Positions 17,390-27,650 of a stretch of DNA of 61,892 bases are shown in pieces (position 1 is the stretch's first letter; every line of letters starts with the position of its first letter). Where the stretch lies: assembly GCA_029865835.1 (NCBI GenBank), contig JARXAL010000061.1, positions 1 through 61,892 on the forward strand, written 5' to 3'. Under the pieces are notes generated by a model, which saw only the letters and a list, made by a program, of their open reading frames with translations, made no database searches and was not told where the DNA came from. This stretch comes from Verrucomicrobiaceae bacterium. GTDB taxonomy: Bacteria > Verrucomicrobiota > Verrucomicrobiia > Verrucomicrobiales > Verrucomicrobiaceae. Position numbers and translations under genes: made by a program.

Positions 17390-18060
17390 CCTGCCCAGAA
17401 TTCCCTGTCCCGCAATCCATCGGCACTCTTTACCTGCTGACCTTTGCATTTTTGATCACCGGCTGCGGCGATCCAACGCCACCCCAGAAGACGGCCATTT
17501 CCCTCTCAAGCAGGGAATTCAAATCTCAGTGGCAAGCCTCTGGCATCCCAGAACAGGGACCGACCGAGGTCACCGAGGGTGGTTTGAGAATCGGAGAAGG
17601 TTTTCCCATGACGGGCATTCGATTCGTTGGCGATTGGGAAGCACTCAATCTGCCCTGGATCGACTACGCATTGACCTTTGAGGCGCGCCGGGTCGAAGGT
17701 CAGGACTTTTTTGCCACCTGCACCTTTCCAGTTGGAGGCCCCGACCGCTGTGTGTCGCTCGTCGTTGGCGGCTGGGGCGGTGGACTTGTCGGCATCTCCT
17801 GCATTGACCAACTCGATGCCTCGGAAAACAACACCCGAGGGGAAATGGCATTCAATAATGGCACTTGGTATCAATTTCGGATCGAAGTTCGCGAAGACGA
17901 CCTTCAAGTCTGGATCAATGGAGCCCCCATGGTGAATGTTTCAATCAAAGGCCGACAGCTAAGCTTGCGCTCTGGCGAAATCGACACCTGCGTGCCTCTA
18001 GGATTTGCCTCCTGGCGAACCGTTGGCGAGATTCGCTCAATTGTAGTCCAACGCCTTTGA
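17371..18060 (+). CDS. Putative lipoprotein with a concanavalin-like lectin/glucanase (DUF1080-like) fold
   Basis: Lipobox-like FLITGC. Beta-sandwich-like pattern ending WYQFRIEVREDDLQVWINGAPMVNV. GTG start; the N-terminus is uncertain. Confidence 0.45.
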   Translation: MSSQCSSCPEFPVPQSIGTLYLLTFAFLITGCGDPTPPQKTAISLSSREFKSQWQASGIPEQGPTEVTEGGLRIGEGFPMTGIRFVGDWEALNLPWIDYALTFEARRVEGQDFFATCTFPVGGPDRCVSLVVGGWGGGLVGISCIDQLDASENNTRGEMAFNNGTWYQFRIEVREDDLQVWINGAPMVNVSIKGRQLSLRSGEIDTCVPLGFASWRTVGEIRSIVVQRL

Positions 18061-18168
18061 ATGCCTAGCGAGGAAGAAGTCCCTCTCGCCGTAAGTGAAT
18101 GATGGGCGCACATCCGAACTTTCGCTCTCCCTTCTTGGTTGGTCCTATTCCTGCTGTCTTGGCTTTGA

Positions 18169-19596
18169 ATGGAACCTACGCCGACCTACTTTAGACATAC
18201 CAAAATCATAGCCACTCTAGGCCCGGCGACTGAATCCAAGGAAATGCTGGCCGAGTTGATCATCGCTGGTGTTGATATCTTACGCCTAAACATGGCGCAT
18301 GCCTCACATCAATGGGTGGATGATGCCATGTGGTTCATTCGCGAAGCTTCCAACGAAGTGGGTCGCCATGTCGCAGTCATGATGGACGTTAAGGGCCCGG
18401 AAATCCGCACTGGAAAGGTCGACGCTCCCATCGATCTCACCACCGGAAGCCTGTTCGAGTTCCACATTGAATCCGCTGAACCGACTGGTGACGTGCCTTC
18501 TGTCTCGGTAAACTATCCAGGATTGCCCCAAGACCTCGAAATCGGCAAGACAGTCCTCATCGATAGTGGCCTGATTCAGATGCGCGTTGAAACCAAGGAT
18601 GACACCCATATCCGCTGCCGTGTGCTCACTCCAGGAACCCTGGGATCAAAACGCCACATCAACCTCCCAGGCGTTTTCGTCAATCTGCCCTGCCTCACCA
18701 CCAAAGATGAACTGGATCTTCAGGCAGGCGTCCGGGCTGGAATCGATTTTGTGGCTTTGTCTTTTGTTCGTCAGGCCGAGGATGTCCGCACGCTCCGCCG
18801 CTACCTCGATAGCCTCGGCTCTTCCGCCAAGATCATCTCCAAAATCGAAGACCAAGCAGGCGTTCGAAACATGTATGAAATCATCCAGGAGTCGGATGCT
18901 ATCATGGTCGCACGCGGAGATTTGGGTATCGAAATCGACTACCACCGCCTTCCCCTAGTCCAGACCGAACTCGTCTCGATGTGCCAAGCGGAAGGCAAAC
19001 CTGTGATCATCGCCACCCATCTTTTGGAAACGATGATCACCTCCCCAATGCCTACCCGCGCTGAAATCTCCGACGTCTCCAACGCCATCCGAGAGCAAGC
19101 TGATGCCATCATGCTTTCTGGTGAAACCACCGTCGGAAAGTATCCCCTCGAGACCGTTCAGGTGATGAAAAACATTATCGATAGCATCGAACCCTCCGTT
19201 AAAGGAGTCTTGAATCGGGCCATTGAACTGAAGGAACCCAAATCCAAAATGCTTCGTTCCGCCGCTGTCTTAGCTCAAGAGCTAGGCGATTCCGCCATCG
19301 TCGTCTTTACCCGAAGCGGTTTCCTAGCCTATGTCCTCGGAGCCCTGCGCGCGCGTGGCGTGCCTATTTACGCGTTCACCGACGTCGAACCGATCTTCCG
19401 CCAACTGCTTTTACCCTGGGGAGTTGAGCCATTTTTAATGGCCTTCTCCGATGATCCCGAGCAAACGATCGCCAATGCCCTGACAATGCTGAAGCAAAAA
19501 AACTGGTGCAAATCAGGCTCTTGGTTGGTGGTCATCACCAATGCACTCGCTAACGAAAAGGTGATCGATACTCTGCAACTACGCCAGATCGAGTGA
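18169..19596 (+). CDS. pyk: Pyruvate kinase
   Basis: TKIIATLGPATES, ILRLNMAHASH, MVARGDLGIEI, and a typical length of 475 aa. Confidence 0.95.
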   Translation: MEPTPTYFRHTKIIATLGPATESKEMLAELIIAGVDILRLNMAHASHQWVDDAMWFIREASNEVGRHVAVMMDVKGPEIRTGKVDAPIDLTTGSLFEFHIESAEPTGDVPSVSVNYPGLPQDLEIGKTVLIDSGLIQMRVETKDDTHIRCRVLTPGTLGSKRHINLPGVFVNLPCLTTKDELDLQAGVRAGIDFVALSFVRQAEDVRTLRRYLDSLGSSAKIISKIEDQAGVRNMYEIIQESDAIMVARGDLGIEIDYHRLPLVQTELVSMCQAEGKPVIIATHLLETMITSPMPTRAEISDVSNAIREQADAIMLSGETTVGKYPLETVQVMKNIIDSIEPSVKGVLNRAIELKEPKSKMLRSAAVLAQELGDSAIVVFTRSGFLAYVLGALRARGVPIYAFTDVEPIFRQLLLPWGVEPFLMAFSDDPEQTIANALTMLKQKNWCKSGSWLVVITNALANEKVIDTLQLRQIE

Positions 19597-19716
19597 CCAG
19601 AGCGTGACAACCATTAGGTGAGTGGATCCCATAGATCGGATACACTCTAAACAAAAATGGCTTGGCATTGATCAGAACGAGAGGCCACTATTCCGCTGAT
19701 TCCAACTCGTCAATCG

Positions 19717-20922
19717 ATGCTCTACTCCACCTCAATGTCGTTACTCTCCCAAATCAGGTGGGTCATTACAGGGTTCTCCCTTTCGGTTCTCGCATCAGCC
19801 CAAGAGCCCATGCCCGACCCCGTGCCAAGCGATGACCGTCACCAAATCGTTTTTGAAGGTAAAGTTGGAGATAGGGCGGCCGTGCGGGCGGTGATCAACG
19901 TCACTCCTGACCAGAATGGCGGATCGACACTGACGGGCACCTACCATTATGTGAAGCAAGGCAAAGTGATTCATTTGTGGGGCAATCTTGAAGGGGATCG
20001 CGCCTCCCTTGAGGAAAGTGCGCTCCGTTATGGAGAGCCACTATCTGGTCAATTTGATGGCACTTGGACCATTGGGGATTCACCGGGAAAAGCACGCTTT
20101 GAAGGCAGTTGGACTTCGGGAGACGGGCAGAGAAAACTGCCTTTCAGTCTGACGGAGGCAGCGGGATCAGGGAGCCCTGGCCTGGATTTCTACTTCTTCG
20201 CCGAAGAATATGCCCGAAAACAAGGCTCTCAAGTGATGCAACGCGCCCAATCACTCGCATTTCCCCAACTTCGCGGCCAGGGCGAAATCATTGATCGCGT
20301 GAACGGGTTCATTCGTTCGTTGGCCAGGCTTCAAGTAGACTCAGCCGAAGAAAAACCAAAACCGCCAACCCAAGAACCCGCACCTACCTTGAGGGCGCTG
20401 GAAAAAGCCGTGCGCGCCATTTTGCCCACTGATGAAGAACTCAAAGACTTGGAGATCAGCCACTTTGAGTCGCTTACTTTCGAGGAAGATTTTGTGGTCA
20501 TGTTGAACATGTTGGAGGTCTTTTCAATGCGCATGCTACACAGCGAATACACCGGAGGCGCTCACCCAAACTCCAGTGCTGGGCATGTGACTTTTGACCT
20601 GAAAACGGGAGAAGAGCTCACCTTGGATGACCTGTTGAAACCGGGTTGGCGGGACCCTCTCACTGATCTGGCGGAGGCCCAACTACGCACGCAATACAAG
20701 TTGAAAGAAGGCGACGCGCTCAACGACAAAGGCCCCTTGTTTGACAACGTTTTCGAATTAAATGACAACTGGTTCCTCTCCCCCGAGGGGCTGGGCTTCT
20801 CATTCGATCCCTACGAAATCGGCCCCTACGCTGCAGGGTTCATCGAGCCCGTGATCCCCTATTCAAAACTCAAAGATTGGGTCAAGCCAGGCTCCGCGCT
20901 CGAACGAATCGTCGCCCAATAA
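19717..20922 (+). CDS. Secreted DUF4163/DUF3298 (RsiV/PdaC C-terminal-like) domain protein
   Basis: Signal peptide. Characteristic YTGGAHPN motif and C-terminal FLSPEGLGFSFDPYEIGPYAAG. Confidence 0.65.
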   Translation: MLYSTSMSLLSQIRWVITGFSLSVLASAQEPMPDPVPSDDRHQIVFEGKVGDRAAVRAVINVTPDQNGGSTLTGTYHYVKQGKVIHLWGNLEGDRASLEESALRYGEPLSGQFDGTWTIGDSPGKARFEGSWTSGDGQRKLPFSLTEAAGSGSPGLDFYFFAEEYARKQGSQVMQRAQSLAFPQLRGQGEIIDRVNGFIRSLARLQVDSAEEKPKPPTQEPAPTLRALEKAVRAILPTDEELKDLEISHFESLTFEEDFVVMLNMLEVFSMRMLHSEYTGGAHPNSSAGHVTFDLKTGEELTLDDLLKPGWRDPLTDLAEAQLRTQYKLKEGDALNDKGPLFDNVFELNDNWFLSPEGLGFSFDPYEIGPYAAGFIEPVIPYSKLKDWVKPGSALERIVAQ

Positions 20923-20937
20923 GCCGACCAAATCGAG

Positions 20938-21549
20938 TCACTTAGATATCCAAAGGCTTGAACGCAAACGTCCCGCCGCTAGCAGCCCCCTGAAGCGGGA
21001 TTCATCACTTTCCCGGGAATCCGAAACCAAAACATGCTGGTACTTGCTCCAGTGCCGCATCTCGTCTTCGGCATTTTTCATCCGGAGTTCAAAGGTCTCA
21101 GCATCCTCAGTCGCACGCCCCGCAAGGCGCTGGCGCAATTCACTGAGACTGGGTGGCAAGATGAACAAATCCAACAAACACCGACGCACCAGTTCATCCT
21201 GACACGCTCTGATCTGGATGGCACCCTGCACATCAATATCAAGCAACACGTCAATGCCCCGTAGAAGGTTTTCGTTCACATGGCTCTTGAGGGTTCCATA
21301 CCAGCGATCATGAACGCGGGCATGTTCAAAAAGCTCACCCCTCTCAACCCGAGCCAGAAAGTCATCCTCCTCCAAGAAAAAATAGTCCATACCATCAATC
21401 TCACCGGGCCGAGGTTTTCGCGTCGTGCATGACACTGAGAAAACAGCCTCCCCCACATCGCAGACCTTCCGGCACAATGTAGTCTTACCCGTGCCGGAAG
21501 GCCCGGAAACGACAATGAGTTGACCAAGACGCTGGGTGGGAAATGTCAC
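20938..21549 (-). CDS. gmk: Guanylate kinase
   Basis: P-loop SGPSGTGKTT and the GMP-binding signature SVSCTTRKPRPGEIDGMDYFF. Confidence 0.9.
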   Translation of the reverse strand: MTFPTQRLGQLIVVSGPSGTGKTTLCRKVCDVGEAVFSVSCTTRKPRPGEIDGMDYFFLEEDDFLARVERGELFEHARVHDRWYGTLKSHVNENLLRGIDVLLDIDVQGAIQIRACQDELVRRCLLDLFILPPSLSELRQRLAGRATEDAETFELRMKNAEDEMRHWSKYQHVLVSDSRESDESRFRGLLAAGRLRSSLWISK

Positions 21550-21710
21550 ACCTAGGGGTTAGCGGGGCGGGGCCGGGTTGCAAGGGAAACGAGCAGGGGA
21601 AGCGGGTTGCTTCCAGTTTTGGCCCGATTTCCGCTCCTTCCGTCACGCATAGCGGCGGTTGACCAGCCAGTGCGACCCCCGTATGCAGTAGCTGCTACCC
21701 CCCATGCGCC

Positions 21711-23243
21711 ATGTTTGAAATTCCCCGTTCCAGCGGCATTCTGCTGCATCCTTCCTCTCTCCCAGGTCGATTCGGAATCGGCGAAATCGGACCCGAGGCG
21801 CTTCGCTGGCTTGAAACCCTGGCTTCCATGGGTCAGCGACTCTGGCAAACGCTGCCCCTCGGCCCAACCGGCTATGGCAATTCACCCTACCAGAGCCTTT
21901 CGAGCTTCGCTGGGAACCCCATGCTCATCAGCTTCGAATCATTGGCCATGGATGGCGTGTTACTGCCGCAGGACCTCATCATGATACCCTCTTTCCCCGA
22001 AGGAAATGTCGATTTCGGAGGTGTCATCGAGGTCCGCACCGCCTTCCTCAAACTCGCCGCACGGCGCTTCATCGTTCAATGCAACAAAAGCCCCCTCTTG
22101 CGACGGGCATTTGACGTATTCTGTGATCGAGAAGCCTCCTGGCTGGATGACTTCGCTCTGTTCGTTGCGCTGAAGGAGGAAAACCGCCACCGCGCTTGGG
22201 TCGAATGGGCACCAGCCTTGGCACTGCGCGACCCTGCAGCCATGGCAGAGGCCATGGTCCGCCTAGAACCCGAGGTGGAGGAATGCAAAGTCCTCCAATT
22301 CTTCTTCCATCGGCAGTGGCAAAAGGTTCGCCTTCGGGCCAAAGAATTGGGCATCACCATCATCGGCGATATTCCCATTTTTACTGCCCATGACAGTGCT
22401 GACGTCTGGGCCGCCCCAGAATTGTTCGAGTTGGATGACAAAGGCAACCCTGTCGTCGTCGCCGGTGTTCCGCCGGACTACTTCAGCGCAACCGGTCAGC
22501 GCTGGGGCAACCCTCTCTACAAATGGGAGGCCCACCAGGCAACAGGCTTTGCCTGGTGGAAAGAACGGATGAAAAAGGTCTTCGAACTCGTCGATGTCGT
22601 GCGAATCGATCATTTTCGGGGTTTCGCCGCCTATTGGGAAATCCCAGGCACAGAACCCACCGCCATCCATGGGCGATGGGTCGAAGCTCCCGGCGACGCG
22701 CTTTTTGATGCTCTTCGCACCGAACTTGGTGACGTTGCCGTGATAGCTGAAGATTTGGGGATCATCACACCAGATGTCGTCGCCTTGCGAGAACGCCAAG
22801 GTTTTCCCGGGATGAAGGTTATGCAGTTCGCCTTCGGAGCAGACTCCCTGGCAGAAGAATACATTCCAGAAAACTACCCTGACGAATGCGTCGCCTACAC
22901 GGGAACCCATGACAATGATACCGTCCTCGGGCTTTTCCGCAGCGAAGCGGGAGGGGACAGCACACGCACCCAGGAACAAGTGGACGCAGAACGTCGAACC
23001 ATTTTGGGCTACACCGGTACTGACGGAAGTGAACTGAACTGGGATTACATCCAGCGCGTTTGGCAATCCCAAGCCCGACTGGCCATCGCTCCGCTCCAGG
23101 ACGTGATCGGTCTGGGCAGCGAAGCCAGGATGAACGCCCCTGGAAAGGTAGGCGATTTTTGGACCTGGCGATTCTCCTGGGAGGCCCTGACCGAGATCGC
23201 CCAAAATCGCCTCAAAGGTGTCACTTCAGCCTCGGGACGCTAA
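21711..23243 (+). CDS. malQ: 4-alpha-glucanotransferase (amylomaltase, GH77)
   Basis: SSGILLHPSSLPGRFGIGEIG, GYGNSPYQSLSSFAGNPMLIS, RIDHFRGF, YTGTHDNDT. Confidence 0.9.
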   Translation: MFEIPRSSGILLHPSSLPGRFGIGEIGPEALRWLETLASMGQRLWQTLPLGPTGYGNSPYQSLSSFAGNPMLISFESLAMDGVLLPQDLIMIPSFPEGNVDFGGVIEVRTAFLKLAARRFIVQCNKSPLLRRAFDVFCDREASWLDDFALFVALKEENRHRAWVEWAPALALRDPAAMAEAMVRLEPEVEECKVLQFFFHRQWQKVRLRAKELGITIIGDIPIFTAHDSADVWAAPELFELDDKGNPVVVAGVPPDYFSATGQRWGNPLYKWEAHQATGFAWWKERMKKVFELVDVVRIDHFRGFAAYWEIPGTEPTAIHGRWVEAPGDALFDALRTELGDVAVIAEDLGIITPDVVALRERQGFPGMKVMQFAFGADSLAEEYIPENYPDECVAYTGTHDNDTVLGLFRSEAGGDSTRTQEQVDAERRTILGYTGTDGSELNWDYIQRVWQSQARLAIAPLQDVIGLGSEARMNAPGKVGDFWTWRFSWEALTEIAQNRLKGVTSASGR

Positions 23244-23310
23244 AAACATACTTTTTACATTATCAATCTTTCCATAACCACTGTAATTTGCTATTTTGTG
23301 ACTGTCGGCT

Positions 23311-23691
23311 ATGAACATCGTCTATCTCCTCTTCGCTTCCACCTTCGTGGCTGCTGCGTTTTCCCTTCATAAGGAAGACGAAAGCAAGCTCGTAGGGTCC
23401 TGGACGGACGGAGAAGTCAAGGTGGCGGTTTACGAGGAAAATCCCGAGTCGCGATACCCCCACCGGCTTGTCGTCGAATCCGACGGAAACGCGATCCGGA
23501 AGTGGGGACGCTGGGAAGCTGGCTCATTCTACGGAGCAGCTATTGGGACCATCCCCAATCCAATGAGTGGCGAGTCTGAACTCGTCAGCACCGAGAGACC
23601 CAGAGGACGCATGACCTGCCTTGCTCTCCACGCTCACGGCGTTCCAGTTGATTTGGAGCTCAACTACGAGATGGATTTCCGAAAGCGCTGA
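23311..23691 (+). CDS. Hypothetical secreted protein
   Basis: ATG preceded by an AT-rich spacer. N-terminal hydrophobic signal MNIVYLLFASTFVAAAFS. No recognisable domain. Confidence 0.4.
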   Translation: MNIVYLLFASTFVAAAFSLHKEDESKLVGSWTDGEVKVAVYEENPESRYPHRLVVESDGNAIRKWGRWEAGSFYGAAIGTIPNPMSGESELVSTERPRGRMTCLALHAHGVPVDLELNYEMDFRKR

Positions 23692-23702
23692 CTTCACGGG
23701 CG

Positions 23703-24818
23703 CTAAAAGGTGATCCGGCGATTGCGAGCCGTAATCGGCCAAACATCAGCCACCCGTCCATCTCGGACAACAATCGCTTCCCCATGCAACGCCACCGTGG
23801 GGCAAACATGTCTCGGCACCCCATGTAGCACCTGTCCAATGCGGAAACCCTTGGACTGCCCCACATCCAAAACCAAATGCTCCTCGCTCTGCATCACCAC
23901 TGGCACATCGCCCTCAAACTCCGTAAATCGCACACGCGGATGTGGATTCTCAGCTGCCACTGATTTGTATCCCAAATCGACCGTAATCTGAGTGTCACTG
24001 GGCTTGGATATAACTCGTGTGAGCAAAACCACCGCTGGCAAAAAACACAGATCACCGGAATACTTGTCCGAGTAACCAAAATCCCAAAGCACGGTGGTGC
24101 CGGGACTCAGCGTGCGATCACCATATCTCGCATGAATGCCAAAGGTTGGCGATCCCCCGCACAGGAATTCCTTCACCGGCAGCCCACTCTCCTGCAATTC
24201 AGCAACCAAAGCCTCAATCCCCTCAAACTCGCTCATGCATCTTGCTTCTCGATCCGCCAAACTGGCATCATGAATGTGCCCATCGTAGGCATGCACCCCA
24301 ACAAACTGCAGCCCCGGAGTGTCCTGGATGGTTTTCGCCAAAACAAGCGCCTCACCTCCCGGACGAATTCCCGTTCGGCCCATACCACAGTCAATGTCGA
24401 TGAAAACGCCCAACGTTACCTTTCTCTGCTCCGCCGCATCCGCGAGAAAACGAACCGTCTCCTGACAATCCGCAATCGCAGAAACCGCGACCCCAGAAAA
24501 ATGCGACGCCAAAGCTGCCAGTCGGCCCGCATTCGCCTCGCCGGCACACGGCATCGCCAGCAAGACATCCTTCGCCCCAGCAGTCGCGCACATTTCCACC
24601 TCGGCGATGGTCGAACACTTGAATCGGGTAATCCCCAGCTCCAATTGCCGATGTATCAATGGGGCCATCTTGTGAGTCTTGACGTGCGGACGTAACCTTT
24701 CTGGCCCGCCCGCCATTCGGAGCATCAACGCAAGATTCGACTCAATGCGATCCGCAAAAAGCAAAAGAAACGGACTGGGCAAAGCCTCCTCGCCTTCAAC
24801 ATGGAACCAGGGTCTCAT
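23703..24818 (-). CDS. D-TA family PLP-dependent enzyme (D-threonine aldolase / D-serine dehydratase-like, alanine-racemase fold)
   Basis: PLP-Lys context RPHVKTHKM, an alanine-racemase N-terminal-like TIM barrel, and a C-terminal beta domain. Confidence 0.7.
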   Translation of the reverse strand: MRPWFHVEGEEALPSPFLLLFADRIESNLALMLRMAGGPERLRPHVKTHKMAPLIHRQLELGITRFKCSTIAEVEMCATAGAKDVLLAMPCAGEANAGRLAALASHFSGVAVSAIADCQETVRFLADAAEQRKVTLGVFIDIDCGMGRTGIRPGGEALVLAKTIQDTPGLQFVGVHAYDGHIHDASLADREARCMSEFEGIEALVAELQESGLPVKEFLCGGSPTFGIHARYGDRTLSPGTTVLWDFGYSDKYSGDLCFLPAVVLLTRVISKPSDTQITVDLGYKSVAAENPHPRVRFTEFEGDVPVVMQSEEHLVLDVGQSKGFRIGQVLHGVPRHVCPTVALHGEAIVVRDGRVADVWPITARNRRITF

Positions 24819-24868
24819 AAAAACTCGAGCCTGCCCGTCCTATTCATGCACTCAACAATTCACCAAAA

Positions 24869-25984
24869 TCAAACGTTGAAACGCCACTCGACGACATCGC
24901 CGTCCTTCATCACATATTCCTTGCCTTCGATCCGCAGTTTGCCCACCTCACGCGCCTTCGCCTCGGATCCGTAGGTGATCAAATCGTCAAAATGCACAAT
25001 CTGGGCAGCAATAAATCCACGCTCAAAATCCCCGTGAATCACCCCCGCGGCTTGCGGTGCTTTCGTCCCCTTCGTGATCGTCCATGCCCGCGTCTCTTTC
25101 TCGCCCGTGGTCAAATACGTCTGCAAACCAAGCAAATCATAGACGCTCTTGATCAGCCGGGAAACCCCGCTGTCAGACACCCCCAGATCCTTCAAGTACT
25201 CAGCCGCCTCTTCGGCATCAAGATCCGTCAACTCACTTTCAATGTTCGCACTGATCACCACCGCCGATGTCCCATAAGCCTGAGCAGCATAGGCTCGCAC
25301 TTTACTGACCAGCGCATGATGGTCCGGATCATTCGTCGCAGACGCCAGCTCACTTTCCGACACGTTGCAGGCGTAAATACAAGGCTTCGCACTCAGCAGA
25401 AAGAAGCCCTTTAGAATCTTCTTCTCGTCATCGCTCAGATCCATCGTGATCGCAGGCCGACCATCATCAAAATGGGGAATCAACTTCTCACACAGTGCAA
25501 TCTCAGCCTTGGCCTCTTTGTCGTTCTGTTTCGCCTTCTTTTCACCTCTTTCCTTCCGGCGGGTCACCGCCTCAAGGTCCGCCAGAATAAGCTCCGTATT
25601 GATGACTTCGATGTCACGAATCGGATCAATACTCCCCTCCACATGGTGAATGTCCGAATTTTCAAAACAACGCACCACATGCACAATCGCATCCACCTCG
25701 CGAATATGACTCAAAAACTGGTTCCCCAGCCCCTCACCCTTGCTCGCCCCCTTCACCAACCCGGCGATATCCACAAACTCAATCGCCGCCGGAATCAGCT
25801 TCTGCGAACCTGAAAGCTTCGAAAGCGCCTGCAATCGCTCATCCGGAACGGTCACCATGCCCTGATTGGGCTCGATCGTGCAAAAGGGATAATTCGCCGC
25901 CTCCGCCTTGCGAGTGCGAGTGACGGCGTTGAACAGAGTGGATTTTCCGACGTTGGGGAGGCCTACGATGCCAGCAGTGAGCAT
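24869..25984 (-). CDS. ychF: Redox-regulated ribosome-binding ATPase YchF
   Basis: GIVGLPNVGKSTLFNA, DIAGLVKGAS, and a C-terminal TGS-like end KDGDVVEWRFNV. Confidence 0.95.
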   Translation of the reverse strand: MLTAGIVGLPNVGKSTLFNAVTRTRKAEAANYPFCTIEPNQGMVTVPDERLQALSKLSGSQKLIPAAIEFVDIAGLVKGASKGEGLGNQFLSHIREVDAIVHVVRCFENSDIHHVEGSIDPIRDIEVINTELILADLEAVTRRKERGEKKAKQNDKEAKAEIALCEKLIPHFDDGRPAITMDLSDDEKKILKGFFLLSAKPCIYACNVSESELASATNDPDHHALVSKVRAYAAQAYGTSAVVISANIESELTDLDAEEAAEYLKDLGVSDSGVSRLIKSVYDLLGLQTYLTTGEKETRAWTITKGTKAPQAAGVIHGDFERGFIAAQIVHFDDLITYGSEAKAREVGKLRIEGKEYVMKDGDVVEWRFNV

Positions 25985-26144
25985 AAGGCGGGCACCCTAG
26001 CGGGGTATCGGCGGGGCGCATCTGGAAAATGCAAACCCAGCCGAAGAAGAATCACCCTGCCCCACCCAAAAACTCCCAAGACAGATCACGCCTCAGGCCA
26101 CGTTGAATCCCTTTCTCCCAAGCCACCCCTAGTCCCACCCCCTC

Positions 26145-27644
26145 ATGAAGCACATCCTCCTTCTGCTCATACTCTGCCTTCTGATCCCGCTGCCAAACAA
26201 GGCAGCCGAGGCCAAAAGACCGAACATCCTGTTCATTCTCGTCGATGACCAATCCCCCTTCGACCTCAAGGCCTATGACCCAAAATCACCGCTGGACTCC
26301 CCCAATCTCGATCGCCTCGCCGCCGAGGGCATGGTGTTCGAAGGCGCCTATCACATGGGATCCTTCAGTGGCGCCGTATGCACGCCATCCCGCCACATGA
26401 TCATGAGCGGACGAACCGTTTGGCACCTCCCCATCGCCCCCTGGGGGAAAAAAACCTGCCCACCCAACTTGGAGCAAAACACCATCCCCGCCGTCTTCAA
26501 TCGGGCCGGTTACGCCACCATGCGCACCTGCAAACAAGGAAACAGCTACGAAGCCGCCAACAGACTTTTCACCGTCCGCCATGACGCCTCCAAACGCGGC
26601 GGCGATGATCAATCCGGCAGCACCTGGCATGGCGACCGCGTCATGGACTACCTCAATACCCGTGAGACCTCCAAGGACACCAAACCCTTCCTGATCTACT
26701 ACGGCTTCTCCCACCCGCATGACACCCGTGACGGTCGCCCCGAACTTCTCGCCAAATACGGCGCCACTAACCACTCCGACCCCAATAGCCTCCCTTCTCT
26801 CCACAGCAAACAGCCGCCTCTCCCCGCCAACTACCTCTCCTCCCATCCCTTCGACACTACCCATTCAGATGTCCGGGACGAAATGCAGGTCAGCGGTGTT
26901 TGGAACAAACGCGACGAAGCCAGCATCCGCAACGAACTCGGTCGCGAAATGGCCTGCTCCGAAAACATCGACATCCAAATCGGCCGCGTCCTAGAAAAAC
27001 TCGAACAGACTGGCGAACTGGACAATACCTACATCTTCTACACCGCCGATCACGGCATCTCCATTGGCCGCCATGGTCTCATGGGCAAACAAAACCTCTA
27101 CCAGCACACCTGGCGAGTGCCCTTCATCGTCAAAGGACCAGGCATCAAGCCCGGATCTCGAATCGAAGGCAACATCTACCTCCTCGACGTCCTCGCCACC
27201 CTCTGCGACCTCGCAGGAATCACCCCACCGGAGACCAACGAAGGCCTCAGCTTCAAACCCGTCCTCGAAGGCCAAAAATCTACCGTGCGCGACACCCTCT
27301 ACGGTGCCTATTCCGGTGGCAGCAAGCCCGGCATGAGGTCGGTCAAAAACGGCGATTGGAAACTCATCCAATACGAAGCCCCGGACCGCAACGTCATGGA
27401 AACCCAACTCTTCGACCTCTCAAAAAACCCGGACGAACTGCTCCCTGAGCACGGCCACCCCAACCTCGCCAAAGACCCTGCCCAAGCCGCCAAACTATCC
27501 GAGATGCAAGGCCTACTCCTCGCCGAAATGCGCCGCCTGGAAGACCCGTGGCGATTCTCCAACCAGCCCTCCGACAACCTCCCTCCACCCCCCCCAGCGT
27601 CCTCCAAGCAGGGCAAAGGCAAAACCAAAAAGACACCCAAATAA
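26145..27644 (+). CDS. Sulfatase (Cys-type, formylglycine-dependent)
   Basis: Signal peptide, NILFILVDDQ, CTPSRHMIMSGR (C-x-P-x-R). Lys-rich C-terminal tail SSKQGKGKTKKTPK. Confidence 0.9.
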   Translation: MKHILLLLILCLLIPLPNKAAEAKRPNILFILVDDQSPFDLKAYDPKSPLDSPNLDRLAAEGMVFEGAYHMGSFSGAVCTPSRHMIMSGRTVWHLPIAPWGKKTCPPNLEQNTIPAVFNRAGYATMRTCKQGNSYEAANRLFTVRHDASKRGGDDQSGSTWHGDRVMDYLNTRETSKDTKPFLIYYGFSHPHDTRDGRPELLAKYGATNHSDPNSLPSLHSKQPPLPANYLSSHPFDTTHSDVRDEMQVSGVWNKRDEASIRNELGREMACSENIDIQIGRVLEKLEQTGELDNTYIFYTADHGISIGRHGLMGKQNLYQHTWRVPFIVKGPGIKPGSRIEGNIYLLDVLATLCDLAGITPPETNEGLSFKPVLEGQKSTVRDTLYGAYSGGSKPGMRSVKNGDWKLIQYEAPDRNVMETQLFDLSKNPDELLPEHGHPNLAKDPAQAAKLSEMQGLLLAEMRRLEDPWRFSNQPSDNLPPPPPASSKQGKGKTKKTPK

Positions 27645-27650
27645 CCGTTC

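Noticed and set aside
13654-17449. DEAD-box helicase, regulator and EEP nuclease-fold protein considered as a possible defence island.
   Set aside because: The helicase has the full RhlE-type housekeeping motif set and a basic tail. The EEP protein is a membrane-anchored phosphoesterase type. There are no partner genes typical of defence systems and no mobile-element flanks.
21659-21687. Possible sigma70-like promoter upstream of malQ: TTGACC, a 17-nt spacer, then TATGCA.
   Set aside because: It is plausible, but it rests on a single hexamer match with a weak -10 element. That is not enough support to report it as a feature without transcription start data.
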